From an uncultured bacterium (GTDB lineage Bacteria > Actinomycetota > Nitriliruptoria > Nitriliruptorales > Nitriliruptoraceae), in the NCBI GenBank assembly GCA_963796225.1, contig CAWCLK010000057.1, positions 11,173 through 75,172 of the forward strand: a stretch of DNA of 64,000 nucleotides, read 5' to 3'. Each line of letters starts with the position of its first letter. The stretch's first letter is position 1. Of this stretch, positions 27,886-37,266 are shown piece after piece. Both the position numbers and the translations under genes were made by a program. The notes under the pieces are model-generated. The model was not told where the DNA came from and did not search any database. It saw only the letters and a list, made by a program, of their open reading frames with translations.

Positions 27886-28775
27886 CCGAGCGCACGTCCG
27901 CGTCCGACCCCGAGGTCCGCGCCGCCGGCGGCGTCGTGCTGCGCCCCGCCACCGACGGCGAAGCCCCCGACGTCCTGGTCGTCCACCGACCCGACTACGA
28001 CGACTGGTCGCTGCCGAAGGGCAAGCTCGACCCGGGCGAGACGTGGCAGGAGGCCGCCGTCCGCGAGGTCCACGAGGAGACCGGCGTGACCGGCCGGCTC
28101 GGGGTCGAGCTGACCTCCACCCACTACGAGGACCGCAAGGGCCGCAGCAAGCAGGTCCGCTGGTGGACGATGGCGCTGCTCGACGACGAGCACCGCCCGC
28201 CGGACGGCGAGATCGACGACCTGCGCTGGGTCCCGATCGACGAGGTCGGCGACCTGCTGACCTACGACACGGACCGCGACCTGGTCACCGAAGCGCTCGC
28301 CTGCCGGGGCCACGCTGCCGTGCTGGTCGTCCGCCACGCCCACGCCGGCGCGCGCGACGGGTGGCGGGGCGACGACCGGCTGCGCCCGCTGTCCACGGTC
28401 GGCCACCAGGAGGCGGCGGCGATCGCCCGGCGGCTCGCGCCCTGGCACGTGACCACGGTGGTCAGCTCGCCGCTGACCCGGTGCGTGCAGACGGTCGAGC
28501 CCCTGGCCGACGACCTCGGGCTCGCGGTCGCCTCCGACGACCGGCTCGCCGAGGGCGCCCCGCCCGAGGACACCGCGGCGCTGCTGCGCGACGTCGCCCC
28601 GGGCACCGTCCTGTGCAGCCACGGGGACGTCATCGGCAACCTCGTCGAACGCTGGGCCGACCTGGGCCTGGTGGACCGCCACACGGCCAGCTGGGCGAAG
28701 GGGTCCACCTGGGTCGTGCAGCTGGACGGCGACCGCGCCCCGGTCCGCGCCACCTACGTGGACCCCCCGGCGTGA
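27882..28775 (+). CDS. mutT1: Nudix hydrolase fused to a histidine-phosphatase (SixA-like) domain, MutT1 type
   Basis: ATG 27882 overlaps the ppk stop (ATGA). The Nudix box is GKLDPGETWQEAAVREVHEETG. The RHAHAG...SSPLTRCVQT phosphatase motifs follow. Its position next to ppk1 matches mycobacteria. Confidence 0.8.
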   Translation: MTERTSASDPEVRAAGGVVLRPATDGEAPDVLVVHRPDYDDWSLPKGKLDPGETWQEAAVREVHEETGVTGRLGVELTSTHYEDRKGRSKQVRWWTMALLDDEHRPPDGEIDDLRWVPIDEVGDLLTYDTDRDLVTEALACRGHAAVLVVRHAHAGARDGWRGDDRLRPLSTVGHQEAAAIARRLAPWHVTTVVSSPLTRCVQTVEPLADDLGLAVASDDRLAEGAPPEDTAALLRDVAPGTVLCSHGDVIGNLVERWADLGLVDRHTASWAKGSTWVVQLDGDRAPVRATYVDPPA

Positions 28776-30295
28776 TGCGACGCAGCGTCCTCGACCTCGG
28801 GAGCAACTCCTTCCACGTACTGGTCGCCGACCTCGACGACGACGGGGGCCTGGTGCCGGTGGCACGCGAGCGCGAGATGCTCCACCTCGGGGCCGTCGTC
28901 GCCGAGCACGGCCACGTCCCGGACGACGCCCGCCGACGGGCCGTGGACGTGGTCGCACACCTGACCGAGCTGGCGGGGCGCATGGGCGCCGAACGCCGCC
29001 TGGCGGTGGCCACGTCCGCCCTGCGGGACGCGCCCAACGGACCCGAGGTCGTCGCCGAGATGGCGGCCGCCGCCGACACCGAGATCCGGGTGATCGACGG
29101 CGAGGAGGAGGCGCGGCTGGCCTACCGGGGCGTACGGGCCTCGATCGCCACCGACGCCGACCCCCTGCTGGTGCTCGACCTCGGCGGCGGCAGCCTCGAG
29201 CTGGTCGTGGGTTCGGGCCCGACGATCCACTGGTCGGCCTCGCTGGACCTCGGCGTGTCCCGGCTGTCGGCGGCCGTCACGAAGGACCCGCCGAAGAAGG
29301 GCGAGATGCGGGCACTGCGCAAGCGGGTCCGCGAGGCCGTGACACCGCTGCGGGAGCGGGTCGAGCAGCTCGACCCCGAGGAGGTCGTCGCCGTCGGCGG
29401 GACCGTCCGTGCCCTGGCCCGCGTGGTCGCGGCCGAGGACCGCACGTGGCTGCCCGCCACCCTGAACCAGTACCCGATCCCGACCGGCGAGATCGCGGGG
29501 CTGCGCGACCGACTGTCCGACATGGACGCCGACGAGCGGGGCGACCTGCCGGGGATGAAGTCCAAGCGTGCCGACCGCGCCCACGTCGCCGCCACGATCC
29601 TCGCCACCACGCTCGAGGCCCTGGGACTGGAGGGCTTCACGCTGTCCGACTGGGGCCTGCGGGAGGGCATCCTGCTCGAGTCCGTCGGGGCCACGACGCC
29701 CCCGACCCGCGAGGCGATCCGCCGGCGCGAGGTCGAACGCATGCAGGCGGCGTTCACGCCCCACGACGCGCACCTGGCCCACGTGGCCGAACTCGCGGTG
29801 GCGCTGTTCGACGGCACCGCCGACCTGCACGGGCTCGGGCCCGACGACCGCGAGCTGCTGTGGTGCGGGGCGTCGTTGCACGACGTGGGCGAGACCCTCG
29901 CGCTCCGGCGGCACCACAAGCACGGCGCCTACCTGCTCGAGCACGCCGAGATGCGCGGCTTCTCCCCCACCGAGACCGCGATGCTCTGCTCGATGGTCCG
30001 CTTCCACACCTCACGCGGCCTGTCCACCTCGTTCCCGCCGTACGGGTCGCTGCGCAAGCGCGACCGACGACGGGTCGACGCGATGGTGGCCCTGCTGCAG
30101 CTCGCGGACGGCCTCGACCGGGCCCGCGACCAGAGCGTGCGCGACCTGCAGGTGCGCCACGACGACGGGGTCGTGCACATCGACCTGCAGGGGGCGGGGC
30201 TGCACATCGCCCGCGCCGAGGTCGACCGCAAGACCGACCTGTTCGAACGCACCTTCGACGTCGACGTCCGCGTCGACGAGGCGGTGACGTCGTGA
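28775..30295 (+). CDS. ppx: exopolyphosphatase Ppx/GppA family with an HD domain
   Basis: ATG 28775 (or GTG 28772) overlaps the mutT1 stop. LDLGSNSFHVLV and LDLGGGSLEL are present, along with the HD region HDVGETLALRRHHKHGAYL. Confidence 0.9.
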   Translation: MRRSVLDLGSNSFHVLVADLDDDGGLVPVAREREMLHLGAVVAEHGHVPDDARRRAVDVVAHLTELAGRMGAERRLAVATSALRDAPNGPEVVAEMAAAADTEIRVIDGEEEARLAYRGVRASIATDADPLLVLDLGGGSLELVVGSGPTIHWSASLDLGVSRLSAAVTKDPPKKGEMRALRKRVREAVTPLRERVEQLDPEEVVAVGGTVRALARVVAAEDRTWLPATLNQYPIPTGEIAGLRDRLSDMDADERGDLPGMKSKRADRAHVAATILATTLEALGLEGFTLSDWGLREGILLESVGATTPPTREAIRRREVERMQAAFTPHDAHLAHVAELAVALFDGTADLHGLGPDDRELLWCGASLHDVGETLALRRHHKHGAYLLEHAEMRGFSPTETAMLCSMVRFHTSRGLSTSFPPYGSLRKRDRRRVDAMVALLQLADGLDRARDQSVRDLQVRHDDGVVHIDLQGAGLHIARAEVDRKTDLFERTFDVDVRVDEAVTS

Positions 30296-30558
30296 CCACC
30301 CCGCCCCGCCGCCGGCTCGGCGCCCGCTATGCCGACGAGGTCGGCCCCGAGCACGTGGGCCGGCGTGCCAGCGTCCGTCACCTCGTCGAGGAGGACGACC
30401 GCGAACGCCCCACCGACGTGGTCGGGGTCGTCCGCCAGTGGGACCCCGACGGGATGGTCGAGGTCGAACGCCGCGACGGCTCCATCGACCGGTTCCCCAC
30501 CGCGACGGTCATCGCGTCGCGGCTGGTCCCCGATCCCCCGCCCCGCCGGCGCGGCTGA
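30292..30558 (+). CDS. hypothetical 88-aa protein, translationally coupled to ppx
   Basis: GTG 30292 overlaps the ppx stop (GTGA). VTTPPRRRLGARYADEVGPEHVGRRASVRHLVEEDD... has high GC3. Confidence 0.5.
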   Translation: MTTPPRRRLGARYADEVGPEHVGRRASVRHLVEEDDRERPTDVVGVVRQWDPDGMVEVERRDGSIDRFPTATVIASRLVPDPPPRRRG

Positions 30559-30930
30559 TCAGGACGTCAGCTCTCGGGTGAACACCAGCTGCACCACGGT
30601 GGCGGCCCGGGCCCAGGCCTCGGTGCGGTCCTTGTCCGGCGGGTCGTAGCGGTCGTGGAAGGCCTGCAGCGCCTCGATCCGGTCCGGGTCGTGCTCGGTG
30701 AGGAAGGTCACGCGTGCCAGCCACGAGCGGTGCGCCACCCGCAGGACGCCCTGCTCCTCCTGCTGCAGGTTGAGGCACCACTGGGTCAGCCCGCCGGACC
30801 CGGACATGAGGTAGACGCCACCGTCGGTCGGCACGAACCAGAGCTCGGCCGTGTGGCGTCGCCCCGTCACGCGACCCTGCGTGCTGAGGTAGCAGTACCG
30901 CTCGTCGGCGAGGTCCTCGGGGAGGTTCAC
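30559..30930 (-). CDS. split-barrel, deazaflavin(F420)-dependent nitroreductase-like (DUF385-like) protein
   Basis: GTG 30930 overlaps the upstream stop (GTGA). YLSTQGRVTGRRHTAELWFVPTDGGVYLMSGSGGLTQWCLNL follows the family pattern. Confidence 0.55.
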   Translation of the reverse strand: MNLPEDLADERYCYLSTQGRVTGRRHTAELWFVPTDGGVYLMSGSGGLTQWCLNLQQEEQGVLRVAHRSWLARVTFLTEHDPDRIEALQAFHDRYDPPDKDRTEAWARAATVVQLVFTRELTS

Positions 30931-31937
30931 GTCGGCTCCGGGAAGGCGAGGTCGGCGAGCACGGGGCGATGGTCGGACGTGCCACCGTCGCCGACCCAGG
31001 CGTCGACGGGGACCAGTCCACGCGTCAGGATCCAGTCGATCCGCAGCACCGGGGTCGGCAGCATGTCGTTGGGCCAGGTGAAGCCCGGACCGTGGCCGAC
31101 CGCGCGCTGCGGGTCCTCGAACCCGACGTGCGTGAGGAGACGGTACGGCTCCGAGCGCTCGGTGGAGTTGAAGTCCCCGGCGATCACCGCCGGGACACGC
31201 CCGTCCAGGGCCCGCAGGACCGAGGCCAGCTCGGCAGGGCGCCGGTTGCCCTCGACCTCCAACCGCTCGGTCATGGACGACCCGCAGCGCGGACACGGGG
31301 AGGTCAGGTGGACCGGGACGACCTGCAGGGGGTGCCCGTCCACGTCCAGCACCACGACCGTGGTGTCCCGCGTGCCGGGCTCGGACAGCGCGACGGGGCG
31401 CGTCTCGACGATCGGGTGGCGCGACAGGACCATCACGCCCCCGACCCCCGGGCTCTGCACGGCGACCTGGTGCGGGTACCGGTCGGCCAGCACGGACGCC
31501 AGGCGCTGCTCGCGCTCGGGGAAGACCTCCTGCAGCAGCAGGACGTCGGGGTCCGCCTCGCGGACCAGCGCGCGGATGGAGGCGATGTCGGGGCTGTGCA
31601 CATAGGTGTTGTAGCTGGCCACGCGGAGGTCCGGGGCGACGGCGGGCGCCGTCGACGGGAGGAACAGGGTCCCGTAGGTCCACGCCCAGACCAACGCCGG
31701 GACCGCGAAGAGCACGACCGCCCTCGGGCGTCGCGCCAGGGCCGCGACGACGACCAGCGCGACGCCGGGCAGCGACCACCAGAACGTCGTCAGCGAGAGC
31801 GGCTGGGCCCACCAGACGTCGCCGGCCAGGCCCCAGGCGAGCAGGGCCAGGCCGGTGGCCACCGCGTACACCAGCGGGACGCGGCGGAGGCGGTCGGCCA
31901 CACGGTCGACGATGGACCGGGACGGGGCACGTGACAC
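30927..31937 (-). CDS. membrane-anchored endonuclease/exonuclease/phosphatase (EEP) family protein
   Basis: GTG 31937 lies 3 nt after the pyk stop. Three TM segments precede RVASYNTY, LLLQEV, IAGDFNS and SDHRPV. Confidence 0.8.
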   Translation of the reverse strand: MSRAPSRSIVDRVADRLRRVPLVYAVATGLALLAWGLAGDVWWAQPLSLTTFWWSLPGVALVVVAALARRPRAVVLFAVPALVWAWTYGTLFLPSTAPAVAPDLRVASYNTYVHSPDIASIRALVREADPDVLLLQEVFPEREQRLASVLADRYPHQVAVQSPGVGGVMVLSRHPIVETRPVALSEPGTRDTTVVVLDVDGHPLQVVPVHLTSPCPRCGSSMTERLEVEGNRRPAELASVLRALDGRVPAVIAGDFNSTERSEPYRLLTHVGFEDPQRAVGHGPGFTWPNDMLPTPVLRIDWILTRGLVPVDAWVGDGGTSDHRPVLADLAFPEPT

Positions 31938-31939
31938 GG

Positions 31940-33385
31940 TCAGTCCGGCGCCTCGCCGATGCGGTGGACGATGACGCGGTTGGTGCCCCCGTGGCCGCCG
32001 GGGATGCCCGACACGATCACCACCGGGTCGCCCGTCCCGGCCAACCCCTGCCGCAGGCAGACCTCCTCGGCCGCCAGCGTCAGCGCCCGGGAGCTGTCCT
32101 CGTGGGGGACGAGGATGCCCTCGGTGCCCCACATCAGCGCCAGTCGTCGCATGGGCGCCTCGCGCGGGCACAGCCCCAGCAGCGGCACCGGCGGCCGGAA
32201 CTTGCTGACGAGCTGGACCGACGCGCCCGACAGCGAGAACACGAGCAGCGCCTTGGCCTGCACGTCGGCGGCGACCTGCACGGCCGCCCGCGACACCACC
32301 CGCGGCAGGGCGATGCCCTCGCGGGGCGGGGGCGGGGCGTGGACCAGGTTGGACGAGGACTCGGCGACCTCGATGATCCGTGCCATCGTTCGGACCGCCT
32401 CGACGGGGAACCGGCCCGCGGCCGTCTCGCCCGAGAGCATCAGTGCGTCCGTGCCGTCGAACACGGCGTTGGCGACGTCGCTGGCCTCGGCGCGCGTCGG
32501 CCGAGGGCTGCGGATCATCGAGTCGAGCATCTCGGTGGCCGTGATCACCGGCTTGGCCTCGCGGTTGGCCATGTCGATGATCTGCTTCTGGATGGCCGGC
32601 ACCCGTTCCGGGCCGACCTCGACGCCGAGGTCACCTCGCGCGACCATCACCGCGTCGGACGCCTCGATGATGGCCTCGAGGTGCTCGACGGCCTCGGGGC
32701 GTTCCAGCTTGGCGATGATCGGAGCCTCGCCCCCGAGGTCGCGGACCATGGCGCGGACCTCGTGCACGTCCGCGGCCCGGCGCACGAACGACAGGGCGAT
32801 CCACTCCACGCCCATCTCGACCATGGCACGCAGGTCCTCGCGGTCCTTGTCGGTCAGCGACTTCGCCGACACGTCCACGCCCGGGAGGTTGACGCCCTTG
32901 CGCGACCGGGCCGTGCCGCCAGCCACGACGCGGACCGTGACGTCGTGCCCGTCGACCCGGGAGACGACCATCCGGATCAGCCCGTCGTCGACCAGGACCA
33001 GCGCCCCGGGTTCGACGTCCTTGGCGAACTGCTCGTACACGACCGGCAGGACCGGGGTGCCCGCCCCGTCGTCGTGGCCGTCGTCGAGCTGCTCGACGCC
33101 TGCGCGCAGGACGACCTCCGCGCCGTCGGCGAGCTCGACCCCGTCCTCGGGCAGCATGCCGAGGCGGATCTTCGGGCCCTGCAGGTCACCCAGCGAGCCG
33201 ACGTTGCGCCCCAGCGAGGCCGCGGCATCCCGCACCTGGGCCAGGCGTTCGGCGTGTTCCTCGTGGGACCCGTGGGAGAAGTTCAGCCGGACCACGTCGA
33301 TGCCGGCGGCGATGGCGGCACGCAGGCGCGCCGGGTCGTCCAGGGACGGCCCGAGCGTGGCCACGATCTTGGCGCGACGCACCAC
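31940..33385 (-). CDS. pyk: pyruvate kinase
   Basis: KIVATLGPS, RLNFSHG and MVARGDLGVE are present. Confidence 0.95.
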   Translation of the reverse strand: MVRRAKIVATLGPSLDDPARLRAAIAAGIDVVRLNFSHGSHEEHAERLAQVRDAAASLGRNVGSLGDLQGPKIRLGMLPEDGVELADGAEVVLRAGVEQLDDGHDDGAGTPVLPVVYEQFAKDVEPGALVLVDDGLIRMVVSRVDGHDVTVRVVAGGTARSRKGVNLPGVDVSAKSLTDKDREDLRAMVEMGVEWIALSFVRRAADVHEVRAMVRDLGGEAPIIAKLERPEAVEHLEAIIEASDAVMVARGDLGVEVGPERVPAIQKQIIDMANREAKPVITATEMLDSMIRSPRPTRAEASDVANAVFDGTDALMLSGETAAGRFPVEAVRTMARIIEVAESSSNLVHAPPPPREGIALPRVVSRAAVQVAADVQAKALLVFSLSGASVQLVSKFRPPVPLLGLCPREAPMRRLALMWGTEGILVPHEDSSRALTLAAEEVCLRQGLAGTGDPVVIVSGIPGGHGGTNRVIVHRIGEAPD

Positions 33386-33470
33386 CTGCCTGTCGTCGAT
33401 TCGCGGCCAGCCTAGGGCACACCCTCCGGGCTTCGCGGGCGCCCGGACAGGGCCCCGACGATTGCCACCG

Positions 33471-34593
33471 TCAGCCCTGCAGCACCGTGAGGTCGCCGGC
33501 GCGCAGCCGCGTCACGACGTCCTCCACGGCCGCGGCGACGGCCTGGCCGCGCTGCGCTGTCGGTGACCGTCACCCGGAACGCGCCGTCCGACATGCCGAT
33601 CGTGGCCGGCGTGGCGTCCCACACGTCGAGGTGGCGCGTCACCGCCAGGGCCACGGCCTCCTCCAGGTGCGTCTCGAGCACGAGCAGGAGCGGGGCGGGC
33701 ACCTCGGCACCGTCATCGAGCGACCGCACCTCCGGGCCCGCGACCAGGCTCGCGAAGCGGTCGGGCGGGGTGGGGCTCGGGGACGGGGCGGAGGAGGCGA
33801 GGTCGTCGGTCGGGTCGGGCGACGGGGCCGGCAGGGTCACGGGTTCGTCGACCACCACGTCCCGAACGGCCGTGTCCAGCGCCCCGGTCAGGGACACCAG
33901 CCCGTCGACCCCGTCGTCCAGCAGCGCCCGGACCCGGTCGGCCACGACCTCGGCGTCCCGGACGGGCCCCACCCGCCGCACCGTCGGGCCCGGCCACGCC
34001 CTGCGCGGCCATGCCGGCCTGCAGGCCGCGGGCCACCCGCTGCGGTGCCCAGGTCGTCGGGGAGGTGACCAGGCCGGCCGCTCCCCCGACGCCGTCGGCG
34101 CCGAGCGCGACCCCGGCGACGTACCCAGCTCCTCCACGCGCAGGTCGATGGCCAGGACGTTGGGCGGCAGGTCGCCGGGACGCGCCGGGGCGGCGCAGAA
34201 CCGCGTCGACGGCGCCGTACGCGCGACCTCGCGCACCGTGGCCTCGGCGTCCGCGCCGAGCACGCAGACCAGCTCGTAGCCCTCGGTCGCGAAGAACGAC
34301 GTCAGGTCGCGGACGAAGCTGCGGTTGTCGGCGGTCACGACCCGCAGGTCGGTACCGGCGGGCAGGCCGGTGGCGATGCTGCGACTGCCGACCTCCGCCG
34401 CGGCGGCCATCAGCTCGGGCTCGGGCGACACCACCACGGCCACCCGCCCGGCCGGCGGTGTGGAGGTCGTGGGCATGGCCGGCGTCGTCGCGGTTGCCGA
34501 GGGCGACGGGCTCGGGGACGGATCACCGGTCGGCCCCGTGCAGCCTGCCAGCACGGCCACCAGCAGGACCAGCAGCGTCATCGTGCGTCGCAT
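33471..34593 (-). pseudogene. BMP-family (Med/PnrA-like) substrate-binding lipoprotein with three frame breaks
   Basis: Lipobox LVAVLAGC. Between about 34124 and 33988 the plausible sequence (GYVAGVALGADGVGGAAGLVTSPTTWAPQRVARGLQAGMAAQGVAGP) lies in another frame, that of ORF 33713..34036. After about 33542 the plausible end VAAAVEDVVTRLRAGDLTVLQG stops at TGA 33473..33471. Confidence 0.6.
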
Positions 34594-34663
34594 CAGCCCT
34601 CCACGCTGCGCCGTAGGCTAGCCCGCACCCTCCCCCCACCCCCGCGCCCGAAGGCTTGTCGCC

Positions 34664-35293
34664 GTGGCCGACGTGCACGTGCTGACCGACGCCGCCTCTG
34701 GCGTCCACCTCGCCGCCCTCCGCGACCGGACCACCCTCCCGGCCGACTTCCAGCGGCACGCCCGCCTGCTCGGGGCGCTGCTGGCACTCGAGGCCGTCCG
34801 CGACATCCCGACCACCACCCGTCCGGTGACCACGCCGCTGACGACGACCGACGCCCGGGTCCCGGCCCACCAGATCGTGGCCGTCCCCGTGCTGCGCGCC
34901 GGGCTGGGCCTGCTGCCGGGCCTGCAGGACCTGCTGCCGACCGCCAGCGTCGGGATGATCGGCCTCGAGCGCGACGAGGACACCCTCGAGGCCCGCGAGT
35001 ACTACCGCAAGGTCCCCCCGCTCGAGAACGCCTGGGTCCTCATCCTCGAACCCATGCTGGCCACCGGCGGGTCGGCGGCCACGGCGGCCCGGGCCCTGGC
35101 CGGGGCGGGCGCCGACACCATCGCCATCCTGTCGGTCGTCGCCACCCAGACGGCCATCGACCACATCGACGAGGTCACCGAGCGCGACGTCCGCGTCGTC
35201 ACCGCCGCCATCGACCCCACCCTGGACGAGAACGGCTACATCGTCCCCGGCCTCGGCGACTTCGGCGACCGCCTCTTCGGGACGGTCCACTGA
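34664..35293 (+). CDS. upp: uracil phosphoribosyltransferase
   Basis: VPVLRAGLG, LEPMLATGGS and YIVPGLGDFGDRLFGT are present. Confidence 0.9.
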   Translation: MADVHVLTDAASGVHLAALRDRTTLPADFQRHARLLGALLALEAVRDIPTTTRPVTTPLTTTDARVPAHQIVAVPVLRAGLGLLPGLQDLLPTASVGMIGLERDEDTLEAREYYRKVPPLENAWVLILEPMLATGGSAATAARALAGAGADTIAILSVVATQTAIDHIDEVTERDVRVVTAAIDPTLDENGYIVPGLGDFGDRLFGTVH

Positions 35294-35303
35294 CCCGACG
35301 CGG

Positions 35304-36212
35304 TCAGCCGGGGAGGTAGGTCAGGCGGAGGCGGCGGTCGGGGTTGTCGACGTTGGGGTCGACGACCACCACCGACTGCCACGTGCCGAGCGCCACCTGG
35401 CCATCGAGGACGGGCAGGGTCAGCGAGGGGCTGATCCACGCCGGCAGGACGTGGTCGGCCCCGTGGCCCGGCGAGCCGTGGGCGTGCCGCCAGCGGTCGT
35501 CGCGCGGCAGCAGGTCGTCGATGGCCGCGGCGAGGTCGTCGTCCGAGCCCGCGCCGGTCTCGATGATCGCCAGGCCCGCCGTGGCGTGCGGCAGGAACAG
35601 GTGCAGCAGCCCGTCGCCGCCCTGCTCGGCCGCGAAGTCCCGTACGCGATCGGTGACGTCGACGATCCGCCGCGTCCCCGTGTGCAGGTGGTCCTCGCGG
35701 GAGATCACGACGCGGTGATGGTGGTGTAGGCCGGAGCGGAAGTAGCCGAGGGCCGGGGCATCGGGGCCCTGGCCGCAGGCGACGACCTCGCCCACCACGA
35801 TGTCGTGGTCCCCGCCGTCGTGGACCTTCCAGACCCGGCAGTCGAGCCAGGCGAGCGCGCCCTCCAGCAGCGGGGCGCCGGTCTCGGCCGTGTGGGTCCG
35901 GACGGCCTCGAACTGGGCGGTGCCCGACGGCCGGGACGCGTCGGCGAAGTGGTTGGACAGGGCCTGCGCCTCGGCGGACAGGATCGACAGGCCGAAGGCG
36001 CCCGCGTCGCGGACGAGGCGGCGCATCTCGGTGTCGTGCCCGACGCACACCAGGACGAGGAGGGGGTCCAGCGACACCGACGAGACCGCGTTGGCGGTCA
36101 TGCCGTGCGGTTCGCCGTCGTGGTGGCAGGTCATCACGGTGACGCCGGTGGCGAACCGCGACATCACCGCACGGAAGCCATCGGGCGTCGGGGTGGGCTG
36201 GGGGTCGGACAT
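35304..36212 (-). CDS. flavin reductase domain joined to a YjbQ/UPF0047 domain in one ORF (possibly two genes)
   Basis: Residues 1-165 form the flavin reductase part (FRAVMSRFATGVTVMT..., GDHDIVVGEVV). The remainder is YjbQ-like (IVDVTDRV, HATAGLAIIETG, HGADHVLPAW). Dropping one base near 35729-35732 gives ...FRSGYTTITAS-stop overlapping GTG 35708 (GTGA). Confidence 0.7.
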   Translation of the reverse strand: MSDPQPTPTPDGFRAVMSRFATGVTVMTCHHDGEPHGMTANAVSSVSLDPLLVLVCVGHDTEMRRLVRDAGAFGLSILSAEAQALSNHFADASRPSGTAQFEAVRTHTAETGAPLLEGALAWLDCRVWKVHDGGDHDIVVGEVVACGQGPDAPALGYFRSGLHHHHRVVISREDHLHTGTRRIVDVTDRVRDFAAEQGGDGLLHLFLPHATAGLAIIETGAGSDDDLAAAIDDLLPRDDRWRHAHGSPGHGADHVLPAWISPSLTLPVLDGQVALGTWQSVVVVDPNVDNPDRRLRLTYLPG

Positions 36213-36257
36213 GCTGGTCAGAGGCCTTTCCGGAGCGTCTCCGGTCGACGTCGGGGG

Positions 36258-37109
36258 TCAGCGGAGGCCGGCGAACAGGTCGTCCTCGACCTCGCCAGCG
36301 GGTTCGAGCGCACCGGAGAGCCGTACGAACTCTTCGACGCCGAAGCCCTGGTCGATCATGTCGTCGGGCATGTTGAAGAAGAACGAGTCGTCCCCGATCT
36401 GGGACCGGTGGGCGCGCATGGCGTCCTGCTTGCGGTCCAGCCAGCGCGACACGTCGACGCGGGTGGTGACCTGGTCGTCCGGGGACCCGAAGGGCAGGTC
36501 CTCGGGGCCGGCCAGGGCCTCCTCGCCGAACGGGGAGGCCAGGTCCTGCGACGTGAGCAGCTGGTGCAGCTTCCACATGCGCCCCCGGGACAGCGTGTGG
36601 ACGTACCGCTTGGCGACCTGCCACGGCTCCTGCCCCGTGTCCCACCACGGGTCGGCCGCCATCGCCAGCGCCCGCTCGGTGACGCGGTGGGCACGCACGT
36701 GGTCGGGGTGGCCGTAGGTGCCGTGCTCGTCGTCGGACACCACGACGTCCGGCTGCAGCTCGCGCACGATCCGGGCCAGCCGCCCCGCGGCCTCGTACAG
36801 GTCCACCGCGGCGAAGGCGTCGGGGCGGTGGTTGTCGTCCGTGCCCGCCATCCCCGAGTCGCGGAAGCCCAGCCAGTGGTGGCCGGTCAGCTTCAGGGCG
36901 GCCACGGCGTCGGCCATCTCGCGGTGGCGGTGCCACACGAGGTCGTGGTCACCGAGGTCGATGCCCGCCAGGTTCTCCCCCGCCTCGCCGCCGGTGCAGG
37001 TCACCACGTGCGTGGCGATCCCCTCGTCCCCGTAGCGCGCGAGCACGCCACCGCACGCGATCGATTCGTCGTCGGGATGCGGGTGGACGCAGAGCAGGGT
37101 CAGAGCCAC
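36258..37109 (-). CDS. PIG-L family deacetylase/amidase (MshB/Mca-like, mycothiol-type)
   Basis: VHPHPDDES and YGHPDHVRAH are present, and the overall layout resembles Mca. Confidence 0.75.
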   Translation of the reverse strand: MALTLLCVHPHPDDESIACGGVLARYGDEGIATHVVTCTGGEAGENLAGIDLGDHDLVWHRHREMADAVAALKLTGHHWLGFRDSGMAGTDDNHRPDAFAAVDLYEAAGRLARIVRELQPDVVVSDDEHGTYGHPDHVRAHRVTERALAMAADPWWDTGQEPWQVAKRYVHTLSRGRMWKLHQLLTSQDLASPFGEEALAGPEDLPFGSPDDQVTTRVDVSRWLDRKQDAMRAHRSQIGDDSFFFNMPDDMIDQGFGVEEFVRLSGALEPAGEVEDDLFAGLR

Positions 37110-37266
37110 GCGGGCAGCCTCCAGTCCGGCCGGGACGGCCGGTCACCGCGCGAGCCTAACGAGGCCGCCCGGGGGGCTGGTCCGACGGTGACGTCGTCCC
37201 GCCGGTCGAGGGGGCCACGGCTGTCCTGCCGGGTCCGTTAGCCTGCCCGCGACCGGCAGGGACCAC

